In this document: piece after piece, positions 1 through 9,500 of the stretch | How the letters are laid out: every line of letters begins with the position of its first letter | How positions within the stretch are numbered: the first letter of the stretch is position 1 | Assembly: GCA_046727255.1 (NCBI GenBank) | Contig: JBKPCG010000034.1 | Span: forward strand, 6,465-70,464 | Source of the DNA: Acidobacteriota bacterium | GTDB taxonomy: Bacteria > Acidobacteriota > Terriglobia > Terriglobales > Acidobacteriaceae | Length of the DNA stretch: 64,000 nucleotides | Direction of reading: 5' to 3' | The notes under the pieces: model-generated | What the model was told of the DNA's origin: nothing | The model's database searches: none | Seen by the model: the letters and a program-made list of their open reading frames with translations, nothing else | Position numbers and translations under genes: made by a program

Positions 1-1359
<1,359 letters not shown>

Positions 1360-1454
1360 AAGCGAAATCCTTTAGAGGACACTGGTCCTAAGTGTATGAA
1401 ATTAAGCCTAGCACATTAGATGCGGTAGGGATTGGACGGGCTCACCGCGCGCCG

Positions 1455-1874
1455 CTACAGAAAAGGATTCTCGACCACGAGTTCGCCGAATCGGCGCCCG
1501 CGTTGCAGATCCTCGCTGTAGAGCACTTTGCAACCTGACTGTAGGGCGGCTGCCACGATGAGCGCATCGTACCAAGAAAGCTGGTCGCGGCGAGCAAGAT
1601 TCAATGCCCTCCAATACAGTTCGGGAGTGAAGTAGACCGTAAGCAGCGGAAGTAGAGTTGTCTGGCAGTAGTCTTCAATATCTTCAAACCTCATTGGAAT
1701 ACGAAAGCGGCGCACAACCGCGGTGAACTCCTGCATCACTTGGTAACTGATCACGCCCTGTTTCGTAGCAAGAGCTTCGTAGATCAATTCTTCGGCTCTC
1801 CTCCCTTTCTGCGGTGCGGAGGTGTCAAAGCAATAAACAAAAATATTGGTAACCAGAAAGGATCTAGCGTTCAT
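1455..1874 (-). CDS. vapC: PIN-domain ribonuclease toxin (VapC-type)
   Basis: 139 aa. It has PIN-like acidic residues (FVYCFDTS..., ...WYDALIVAAAL..., ...LYSEDLQ). It overlaps a small upstream ORF by 11 nt, the classic antitoxin-toxin layout. Confidence 0.8.
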   Translation of the reverse strand: MNARSFLVTNIFVYCFDTSAPQKGRRAEELIYEALATKQGVISYQVMQEFTAVVRRFRIPMRFEDIEDYCQTTLLPLLTVYFTPELYWRALNLARRDQLSWYDALIVAAALQSGCKVLYSEDLQRGRRFGELVVENPFL

Positions 1875-2121
1875 TCATCTCATCGCGCGTAAACTTGCGG
1901 CCAGCATCTACATACCGTAAGCGTTTCATGAGCGCACGGAACTCCTCTGCCTTCGAGGGGGAGTCCCCGTTCCCATACACTTTCAGCCAGTCGCGGAACG
2001 CTTCGTTCAGGGTTGTGTGGCGACTGCGGGCGACCTCTCGGCCCCGCTCAATGGCGGCATCGTCGGCGCTAAGGGTGATGTTTTTTCGCACTACGATAGT
2101 GTACACCATTACTGTGCGCAA
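1864..2121 (-). CDS. vapB: VapB-type antitoxin (small DNA-binding protein); the start may instead be the internal Met at 2109
   Basis: 85 aa. It lies immediately upstream of and overlaps the PIN gene. The N-terminal segment KNITLSADDAAIERGREVA is typical of antitoxin DNA-binding folds. Confidence 0.65.
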   Translation of the reverse strand: MRTVMVYTIVVRKNITLSADDAAIERGREVARSRHTTLNEAFRDWLKVYGNGDSPSKAEEFRALMKRLRYVDAGRKFTRDEMNER

Positions 2122-2202
2122 GGCAACGTGTGCACCCGCTTGCTTGCCCCAGTCAGATTGGCATGGCCTGACCTTCCTTGTATCATTTCGCCCTTACGAC
2201 CC

Positions 2203-4977
2203 ATGCCCACCTTCTACGAGCGTTTTCAGCAATCGGCCCAGCAGTTTCCCGACAAGATCGCCCTTGAAATCCAGCGACAGGACCATACCGAGAGCCTGAC
2301 GTTTGCCCAACTGCAGGGGATGGCGGAGAGGGTGGGGAGTTGGCTGACGGGAAAGGTAGAACGCGATTCGCGGGTCGCCATCCTGGCGGCGAACCATCCG
2401 CGATGGGTGGCGGCTTATCTGGGGATTATCTGTGCGGGACGGGTGGCGGTTCCTCTCGACACTGCTTTCCACGCCGACCAGGTTGCGAAGCTGCTGAAAG
2501 ATAGCGGGGCTTCAATTCTCTTCTGTGACGCCAAACATCTGGCGGTGGCGCAGCAAGCAGCGGAAGGACTGCCAGTTGGGTTGGTGATGACTTCGGCGGC
2601 CAATGAGCAGGTGGCTGCGACCCCGAAGTCGCCGGGAGGCCCACAGCCTGTCGCCGATTTGGATTCGATCTTTGCAGCGGGCTCGGGCGGATTCAAACCG
2701 GTGGTGCCGGCTGAAGGCGATCTTGCGGCGCTTCTCTATACCTCCGGCACGACCGCCGATCCCAAGGGCGTGATGCTGACTCACGGCAATCTGGTCGGCG
2801 AAGCGAATGCAGTCTTCCAGGTCCTCTCGATCGGGCCCAGTGACGCGTTACTTGGAATCCTGCCAATGTTCCACGTGCTCGCACAGATGGCCAACCTGTT
2901 TCTGCCATTGTTCAATGGCGCCCGCGTCGTCTACCTCGAAACGCTGAACACAACCGAGTTGCTGCGCGCGCTACAGGAACGTCGGATCACAGCGTTTTGT
3001 GTTGTGCCGCAATTTTTCTATCTGATTCACGAGCGCATTTTCAAGGAACTGAACAAGCGCGGGAAGCTGACGGTTCGGCTGGTTCGTGCGCTGATGGGAC
3101 TCAATCGCGGGCTTCGGCGAGTTGGAATCAATGCGGGCAAGCTGTTCTTCGGGAAGATTCACGCCACGTTTGGCATGCAGATGCGGTATCTGGTGACGGG
3201 CGGTTCGCGCTTTGATACCGCAATTTGGAGTGACTTTCAAGCTTTCGGAATTGACTTGCTGAACGCCTACGGACTGACCGAAACGACTGGTGGCGCATTC
3301 CTCAATCGGCCCGGGAAAGTGGTCATCGGTTCGGTGGGACCACCGTTTCCAACGGTGGAAGTCAAGATCATCGATACGAAGCCGATGGAAGAAGGCGGCC
3401 CAGCGGTGGGCGAGATTACGTTGCGCGCGCCGATTGTGATGAAGGGATACTGGAATCGCCCGGATGCGACGGCCGCCGTTTTGCGTGACGGTTGGTTCTA
3501 CACGGGCGATCTGGGATACCTCGATTCGGGCGGGAACCTGTTCATCACGGGCAGGGGCAAAGAAGTGATTGTGCTGGCCAATGGGAAGAATGTCTATCCG
3601 GAAGAGATCGAAGCCCATTATCAGCAATCGCCGTTCATCAAGGAAATCTGCGTGATGGCGCTGGAAGCTCGGCCCGGCGATCCGACTTCCGAGCGGTTGT
3701 ATGGCGTGATCGTGCCGAACTTCGAAGTGCTGCGCGAGCATAAAATCGTGAACTCCAAAGAGGCGATTCGGTTTGACATCGAGAGTCTGTCGCACAAGAT
3801 TGCGACGACCAAGCGGCTGGGCGGTTACGAAATCTGGCAGGAAGATCTGCCGCGTACGACGACTCGCAAACTGAAACGGTTCCAGATTGAAAAAAAGGTA
3901 CGGGAGCTGCAAAAGAGCGGCGGCCCGGGCGAGGCGGAGGTCGGAACAGAAAAGCCGCTGACTGATGAGGAGCGGGCATGGCTCGAACGTGACGATGTGA
4001 AGCGGGCGCTGGAAATTGTGCGAGAGTCGGCGCGGAATAAGATTGCCGAGATCCATCCCACGCACAATCTGGAGCTCGATCTGGGGCTCGACTCCATGCA
4101 GCGGGTCGAGCTGTTGACGGCGCTCGAACAGCAGCTTGGAGGCGATGTCCCGGAGGCGCAGCTGGCGGAAGTCTATTCGGTGCGCGATCTGGTGGATGCC
4201 ATTCTGGAGAGCGCAAGCCGCGGAGAGGGCGGGGCGAAAGCAGTGGCGCCACCATGGTCCACTATTCTCGCGGAGCCGGTCACCGACCCTGAGGTGCTGG
4301 GGCTGGCGCGCCAACAGTGGCTGGCCGAAATATTTTTCTTTCTGCTGGGACGGTTGCTCTACCTGGTCGCGCTCGATCTCTTCCACTTGAAAGTGAAGGG
4401 GCTGGAAAACCTGCCGGAGAAAGGACCGTATCTGCTGTGCTCAAATCACCAGAGTTACATTGATCCGGTGGTGATGGGATCGGTCTTGCCGTGGCATCGG
4501 TTTCGCAATACGTTTGCGCTGGGCACGAGCGACATTTTTGGCCAGGGATTGATGCGGCGGCTGGTGCGATGGATTCGTGTCGTCGTGCTCGATCCCGACG
4601 CCAACCTCATTCCCGCCATGCGCGCGGGAGCTTTCGGGCTGCGTCAGGGGAGCGTGCTGGTGCTCTATCCGGAGGGCGAACGCTCGGACACGGGCAAGCC
4701 AAGAGTATTTCGTAAGGGCGCGGCGATTCTCTCCATTCACGAGCAGGCGCCGATTGTTCCGGTTGCGATTGAAGGGTTCTATGACGCATGGCCGCGGCAT
4801 CAGAAGTGGCCGAAACTGGCGAAGCTGCGGCTCGTGTTCGGCAAGCCGATTGTGCCGCCTCCCGTGAGTGAGGCGAGCGAAGCGGCGTATGAGAAGTTAA
4901 CGGCAGAGTTGAAGGAGCGAGTCGTGGGGATGTGGCAGGAGTTGCGGCGGGCGGAGGGTAAGTCGACGGAACTTTAG
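2203..4977 (+). CDS. Tri-domain fusion: fatty-acyl-AMP/CoA ligase, acyl-carrier domain and lysophospholipid (PlsC-type) acyltransferase
   Basis: AMP-binding cores are LLYTSGTTADPKGVMLTHGNL and GWFYTGDLGYLD. The carrier-domain motif is LDLGLDSMQRVELL. LPLAT motifs are NHQSYIDP (HX4D), YPEGERSDTG and PIVPVAIEG. I picked the ATG at 2203 (MPTFYERFQQSAQQFPDKIALE); the track ORF start at 2017 overlaps the divergent vapB gene. Confidence 0.85.
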   Translation: MPTFYERFQQSAQQFPDKIALEIQRQDHTESLTFAQLQGMAERVGSWLTGKVERDSRVAILAANHPRWVAAYLGIICAGRVAVPLDTAFHADQVAKLLKDSGASILFCDAKHLAVAQQAAEGLPVGLVMTSAANEQVAATPKSPGGPQPVADLDSIFAAGSGGFKPVVPAEGDLAALLYTSGTTADPKGVMLTHGNLVGEANAVFQVLSIGPSDALLGILPMFHVLAQMANLFLPLFNGARVVYLETLNTTELLRALQERRITAFCVVPQFFYLIHERIFKELNKRGKLTVRLVRALMGLNRGLRRVGINAGKLFFGKIHATFGMQMRYLVTGGSRFDTAIWSDFQAFGIDLLNAYGLTETTGGAFLNRPGKVVIGSVGPPFPTVEVKIIDTKPMEEGGPAVGEITLRAPIVMKGYWNRPDATAAVLRDGWFYTGDLGYLDSGGNLFITGRGKEVIVLANGKNVYPEEIEAHYQQSPFIKEICVMALEARPGDPTSERLYGVIVPNFEVLREHKIVNSKEAIRFDIESLSHKIATTKRLGGYEIWQEDLPRTTTRKLKRFQIEKKVRELQKSGGPGEAEVGTEKPLTDEERAWLERDDVKRALEIVRESARNKIAEIHPTHNLELDLGLDSMQRVELLTALEQQLGGDVPEAQLAEVYSVRDLVDAILESASRGEGGAKAVAPPWSTILAEPVTDPEVLGLARQQWLAEIFFFLLGRLLYLVALDLFHLKVKGLENLPEKGPYLLCSNHQSYIDPVVMGSVLPWHRFRNTFALGTSDIFGQGLMRRLVRWIRVVVLDPDANLIPAMRAGAFGLRQGSVLVLYPEGERSDTGKPRVFRKGAAILSIHEQAPIVPVAIEGFYDAWPRHQKWPKLAKLRLVFGKPIVPPPVSEASEAAYEKLTAELKERVVGMWQELRRAEGKSTEL

Positions 4978-5113
4978 GAGGTCCGGAAGAAGCTAGTTTC
5001 TGATCCGCATTCTAACTCGGCGGCTAAGCCCCTGAGAAGTGTCATTAGAGTCCGAGGGGGCGTAGTTGCTGCTAATGCGCCTGTTCACAACAGTTGTCTC
5101 GAGCACTTCGCAG

Positions 5114-5726
5114 TCAATTTGGAATAGGAAATACGAAAAGACCCCGATACGCCTTTCCGTTAATCCAAAGATCCTCACCCTTGAGTGTGTTGGGGTCAAA
5201 GTAGATGGCACAGAACGGCTCGATGTCCCGAGTTTCGATGAAGTGCCCCTTAAACGGCCAAGACTCCCAAAAACCCCTGCGCGGAATCGTCCGCCCGTAG
5301 ATTAGGACACCACCTTGCCACGGAATGGCTTCGTACAAGTCGAAAACATCGACCTTCCCCTAATTCACCCTTCTTTCCATCCCAGTAAAGATCATGGTGC
5401 TGTGTCGTGAGCCGCGAGAGGAGGGAACGTGACCGAATCCAGTCTGCTGATGCCTTCTCGTCGGCCTTGATGGCAACCAGGTGTCCGTCCCACGCTACTT
5501 CCGCGCTCTTCTTTCGGCCGTCTGTGCTCGTTAGGCAGACCTCCTCGATCGAAAGGTGACCATTCCGAACCATGACCGCGTCGCAGTGTGAGGAGTCACC
5601 CATCAACACTCTCGGCTGCATGCCCTTAGGAGCATCTAGCGCCAAAGCAAAAAAATGCAGCGCCACAAGCCCTGCTCCACCCAAAAGCGACTGCGCCAAG
5701 TGTCTTATCTCAATTCTTCCATGCAT
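5114..5726 (-). pseudogene. Hypothetical secreted protein split into two frames (5250..5726 and 5114..5338), either a frameshifted gene or two small ORFs
   Basis: ORF 5250..5726 has a hydrophobic N-terminus (LAQSLLGGAGLVALHFFALALDA). Its protein-like sequence stops making sense near 5345. At that point the adjacent frame continues as GKVDVFDLYEAIPWQGGVLIYGRTIP...FVFPIPN*. The junction lies at a G-run (gaattaggggaagg). The region looks more AT-rich than its flanks. Confidence 0.3.
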
Positions 5727-6751
5727 TGTTCGAGCGCTTCGCGGCTTGGGCGCGTGGCTGATTCCGGCAGGGTCGCCAGGGGCTGGTCAGTTACGTTCAA
5801 CATGTCGAGGAAAGTTGGGGTATTGGCGTTGATGTAAAACACTCCGGTCAGCACTTCGCCTTTGGCATGCGCTTCCATGAGGCGGGTTACCGCTTGAATC
5901 TTGTCGGTGGGATCGTACTCTTCCTCCAGCTTACGCAGGCGCAAGTGCGAGCCGTCGTGCATGGTGACTTCAAATGCCGTGCCGGCATCATACTCGACGC
6001 TGATGTTCTCAAACACCGGTACGAAATCCACTTCGTGCAACGGTTCCTCGTGGTCGAGCACGTACTTGTAGGACTTGGTTGAGCCTTCATGATCGTTGAA
6101 GGTCACGCAGGGCGAGACTACGTCGAGCATGACGGTGCCTTTGTGGGCGATGGCGGCTTTGAGCATCGCGTGCAGCTGTTTCTTGTCGCCGGAGAAAGAA
6201 CGCCCTACAAACGTCGCCCCGAGTTGGATTGCCATGATGCAGGTATCGACCGGAGGAAGGTCGTTCACGATGCCGGTCTTCAGTGTCGATCCCAGATCGG
6301 CGGTAGCGGAAAACTGGCCTTTGGTCAGACCGTAGCACCCGTTGTCCTCGATCACGTAAATGATCGGCAGATTGCGACGCATGAGGTGGACGAATTGTCC
6401 GGCGCCGATTGAGACGGTGTCGCCATCGCCTGTGACTCCGAGTGCAATGAGATTCTTGTTGGCGAGCATCGCTCCGGTTGCTACCGACGGCATGCGTCCG
6501 TGGACCGAGTTGAAGCTATGCGAGCGGTTCATGAAGTACGCCGGACTCTTCGACGAGCAACCAATCCCACTGAACTTGGCTACGCTCTCGGGCTTGACTC
6601 CCATTTCGTACATGGCGTCGATGATGCGTTCGGAGATGGCGTTGTGCCCGCAACCGGCGCAGAGAGTGGTCTTGCCCCCGCGATAGTCGACGACCTGCAA
6701 TCCTATGCGGTTTACTTTTGGCTTGGGCGTGCTGGTGGGCGTGGTTGCCAT
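5705..6751 (-). CDS. korB: 2-oxoglutarate/2-oxoacid:ferredoxin oxidoreductase, beta (TPP-binding) subunit
   Basis: 348 aa with the motifs CAGCGHN, GIGCSS and GVTGDGD (TPP motif). It directly abuts the alpha-subunit gene. Confidence 0.92.
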   Translation of the reverse strand: MATTPTSTPKPKVNRIGLQVVDYRGGKTTLCAGCGHNAISERIIDAMYEMGVKPESVAKFSGIGCSSKSPAYFMNRSHSFNSVHGRMPSVATGAMLANKNLIALGVTGDGDTVSIGAGQFVHLMRRNLPIIYVIEDNGCYGLTKGQFSATADLGSTLKTGIVNDLPPVDTCIMAIQLGATFVGRSFSGDKKQLHAMLKAAIAHKGTVMLDVVSPCVTFNDHEGSTKSYKYVLDHEEPLHEVDFVPVFENISVEYDAGTAFEVTMHDGSHLRLRKLEEEYDPTDKIQAVTRLMEAHAKGEVLTGVFYINANTPTFLDMLNVTDQPLATLPESATRPSREALEQCMEELR

Positions 6752-8590
6752 TTACTTACCCTCCATCATCATAAGTTCGTCGGTTACGGAACGGGCGTCG
6801 ATCGGTAATCCGTGAATGTGGCAGATCGAACGGAGACGCGGCGTTAGCTCGGCCTTGATATCAAGCTTGAGCAGGGTGGCCATCTGTCCATCGCGGTTCT
6901 GCTCCACTACATATATGCGGTCGTGTTGCTCGATGAAGTCATGCACTTCGCGAGTGAAGGGATACGACCTCAGGCGCAGGTAGTCGGTCTCCACTTTGTG
7001 TTCGTTGCGCAACTGGTCGCGGCTTTCGGTGATGGCCCAGTGAGTGGTACCGAACGCGATGATGCCGATTTTCGACTTGCCATTCGCGACGACATCGGGC
7101 CGGGGCACAAACGATCGCGCCGTCTCGAACTTTTTGCTGATGCGCTCCATGTTGCGTTCGAAGTCGTCCGGACGTTCGCTGTACTGCCCTTTCTCGTTGT
7201 GGCCGCTGCCGCGCGCGAAGTACGCCGCTGCCGGATGATCGGTACCGGGCAAGGTGCGATAACCGACTCCGTCGCCATCGATGTCTTTGTACCGGGAGAA
7301 ACTACCCAACTTTTCCAGATCTTCCTTCGTCAAAATCTTGCCGCGCTTAATCGGCTTCTCGGGGTATGGGAAAGGATCGGCCATCCAGTTGTTCATGCCT
7401 AGGTCGAGATCGGACATGACGAAAACCGGTGTTTGGAATTGTTCTGCCAGATCGAATGCGTCCTGTGCCAGCGTGAAGCACTCCTCAGGTGAAGACGGGA
7501 ACAGCAGGATGTGTTTGGTATCGCCGTGGCTCAGAAATGCGGTGGACAGTATGTCGCCCTGCGAAGTGCGCGTGGGCAAGCCGGTGGACGGGCCAACACG
7601 CTGAATGTCCCAGATGACGGCTGGAATCTCGACGTAATAAGCAAGGCCGGTGAATTCCGCCATAAGCGAGATGCCTGGCCCCGCCGTCGCAGTCATGGAG
7701 CGCGCTCCCGCCCAGGCTGCGCCGATCACCATGCCAACCGCGGCCAGTTCATCTTCAGACTGCACAATGGCGAAGGTTGCTTTGCCATCGGGACCTATGC
7801 GGTGGTCCTTCATGTACTCGATCATGGTTTCGACGAGCGAAGACGAGGGCGTAATCGGATACCACGTCACCACCGTGCAGCCGGCAAACATGCAGCCCAG
7901 GGCGGCTGCTGAGTTGCCGTCGATAATGATCTTGCCTTGAGTCTTGTCCGTGCGCGCGATCACGAAGGGATCACGTTTCGTGAGATTTGCGGCGGCGTAG
8001 TCGTAGCCCGCCTTGACTGCTGCCAGGTTGAGATTCGCGGCCTTTACTTTCTTCGCAAACTGCTTGCGGATTGCTCTCTCTACCTCAGCCGGATCGATTT
8101 CAAGCAGCTGCGCCACGACCCCGACGTAGATCATGTTCTTGACCAGCTTGCGCAGTTTGGCTTCCGGGCAGACTGGCGCTACCAACTTGTCATAGGGAAC
8201 GGAGTAGAAGATCAGATCGTTGCGTAGTTTATCGAGGGCAAGGGGTTCGTCGTACAGAACGGAGGCTCCCGGCGCCAGTGACTTCGTGTCCTCCTGGGCC
8301 GTCTCAGCGTTCATCGCGACCAGGAGATCGATCTCTTTCTTGCGCGCGATGTAACCGTCTTTGTTGGCGCGAATCGTGAACCAGGTCGGCAGTCCAGCAA
8401 TGTTCGATGGGAAGAGATTTTTGCCGGAGACCGGCACGCCCATCTGGAAAATGCTGCGCAGCAGGACCGTGTTGGAACTCTGCGACCCGGAGCCGTTCAC
8501 GGTCGCAACCTGAATACTCATGTCATTGACGACACGCTTTTGCCCCAAGTGGCCGGATGATTCCTGGGGCACGACATCGATTGTGGCCAT
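6752..8590 (-). CDS. korA: 2-oxoglutarate/2-oxoacid:ferredoxin oxidoreductase, alpha subunit
   Basis: 612 aa with the typical KorA architecture (N-terminal gamma-like domain plus pyruvate-flavodoxin oxidoreductase core). Its stop is contiguous with the korB start. Confidence 0.92.
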   Translation of the reverse strand: MATIDVVPQESSGHLGQKRVVNDMSIQVATVNGSGSQSSNTVLLRSIFQMGVPVSGKNLFPSNIAGLPTWFTIRANKDGYIARKKEIDLLVAMNAETAQEDTKSLAPGASVLYDEPLALDKLRNDLIFYSVPYDKLVAPVCPEAKLRKLVKNMIYVGVVAQLLEIDPAEVERAIRKQFAKKVKAANLNLAAVKAGYDYAAANLTKRDPFVIARTDKTQGKIIIDGNSAAALGCMFAGCTVVTWYPITPSSSLVETMIEYMKDHRIGPDGKATFAIVQSEDELAAVGMVIGAAWAGARSMTATAGPGISLMAEFTGLAYYVEIPAVIWDIQRVGPSTGLPTRTSQGDILSTAFLSHGDTKHILLFPSSPEECFTLAQDAFDLAEQFQTPVFVMSDLDLGMNNWMADPFPYPEKPIKRGKILTKEDLEKLGSFSRYKDIDGDGVGYRTLPGTDHPAAAYFARGSGHNEKGQYSERPDDFERNMERISKKFETARSFVPRPDVVANGKSKIGIIAFGTTHWAITESRDQLRNEHKVETDYLRLRSYPFTREVHDFIEQHDRIYVVEQNRDGQMATLLKLDIKAELTPRLRSICHIHGLPIDARSVTDELMMMEGK

Positions 8591-8611
8591 CCCAGTGCCT
8601 TTCTGATCGTG

Positions 8612-8640
8612 GCCGGGCGAACCTGTTTCGCCCGGCGTTT
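8612..8640 (+). terminator. Perfect 10-bp GC-rich hairpin (GCCGGGCGAA-cctgt-TTCGCCCGGC) followed by GTTTTCG on the + strand
   Basis: Read directly from the sequence. It lies between the mazF 3' end and the korA start (both minus-strand genes). The T-tract sits on the + strand side only, so its role is ambiguous: korAB leader structure, mazEF terminator or antisense terminator. Confidence 0.4.
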
Positions 8641-8714
8641 TCGCGGAATGAAGGGCGAAAACCCTTTATTATACGCCCGTGCAGAGGAGCCCCCAACGCA
8701 AAGCTATGACTCTC

Positions 8715-9029
8715 CTAGTTTAGGTCCAGAGCAATGCGTAGTCTCTCATCGAGCGCGTTCAGCAACAGCTGGTCCAGCTTGCCCAGGTGCTTGCCGAGCC
8801 GATCGGTTGTGATCGCTCGCACTTGCTCGCACATCGCGACCGAATCCAAAGCCAATCCAACGGCGCCTTTCCGCAGCAACAATTGGCTGGGATAGATTTT
8901 CTTGCAGTTGGCTGCGTCCGTACAGGGAACGCACACTATTACGCTGCTATTGTGATTGATCGCATCGCGGCTGACGACAATAACCGGTCTGGAACCTGCC
9001 TGCTCAGAGCCTCGGGTAGGATCGAGCAA
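8715..9029 (-). CDS. mazF: MazF/PemK-family endoribonuclease toxin; the true N-terminus probably extends to about 9070
   Basis: LDPTRGSEQAGSRPVIVVSRD plus AITTDRLGK are MazF/PemK hallmarks. The conserved upstream I-P-S-R-G-D-V-F-F segment is in frame but precedes the first ATG/GTG/TTG. Confidence 0.85.
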   Translation of the reverse strand: MLDPTRGSEQAGSRPVIVVSRDAINHNSSVIVCVPCTDAANCKKIYPSQLLLRKGAVGLALDSVAMCEQVRAITTDRLGKHLGKLDQLLLNALDERLRIALDLN

Positions 9030-9067
9030 CGCGAAGAAGACGTCGCCACGGGATGGAATCTGACGAG

Positions 9068-9391
9068 CTATGAGTTTTTGCTTTCATCCGCCACGCGCAG
9101 AGTCTCACGGTCGCTGGCGGCAAACTGCTGGGCGATGACTGCAGATTCCCGCTGATATTGCCGATCGTTTTTCATTTGCTCGAACTCTCGATCAATGAGT
9201 TCACGATGTAAACGCTTGAGCCGTTCTTCAAGAGATTGCACAAGAAGATCGTTTAGACTGCTGGCTTCGGTATCGCCCTTTTCCAACGCGCGCCGAGCTT
9301 CCTCGTAAAGATGGCGAGGCAATCGCACAGTGGTTGTCTGCAAGGGGGACTTGCGTGACGTGGCAGGCATTGGTGCGTCTCCCGATATCAT
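9068..9391 (-). CDS. Ribbon-helix-helix (CopG-like) antitoxin partnered with MazF
   Basis: 107 aa. TTTVRLPRHLYEEARRALEKG is an RHH strand-helix signature. Its stop codon lies just upstream of the toxin reading frame. Confidence 0.8.
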   Translation of the reverse strand: MISGDAPMPATSRKSPLQTTTVRLPRHLYEEARRALEKGDTEASSLNDLLVQSLEERLKRLHRELIDREFEQMKNDRQYQRESAVIAQQFAASDRETLRVADESKNS

Positions 9392-9455
9392 AAAATGATA
9401 TCATAAGTAACCTAGTTGCGAAATCAAGAATGATATCACATTGCTGGATCTGTTG
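9384..9455 (-). promoter_or_regulatory. Candidate promoter and operator of the antitoxin-mazF operon, with three GATATC-centred palindromes
   Basis: (A)TGATATCA(T) occurs three times, with cores at about 9384-9389 (overlapping the ATG), 9397-9402 (the 10-bp perfect palindrome ATGATATCAT) and 9432-9437. On the minus strand, TTGATT-N16-TATGAT sits between them, and the -10 overlaps the central palindrome. Confidence 0.5.
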
Positions 9456-9500
9456 ATGTATGCTATTGAAAATGCTAATTTTATCTAGATTATTTGAAGC

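Noticed and set aside
2971-4386. 471-aa minus-strand ORF
   Set aside because: It lies entirely antisense to the ligase-ACP-acyltransferase gene, which has clear motifs. Its composition is Arg/Pro/Gln-rich with no recognisable domain.
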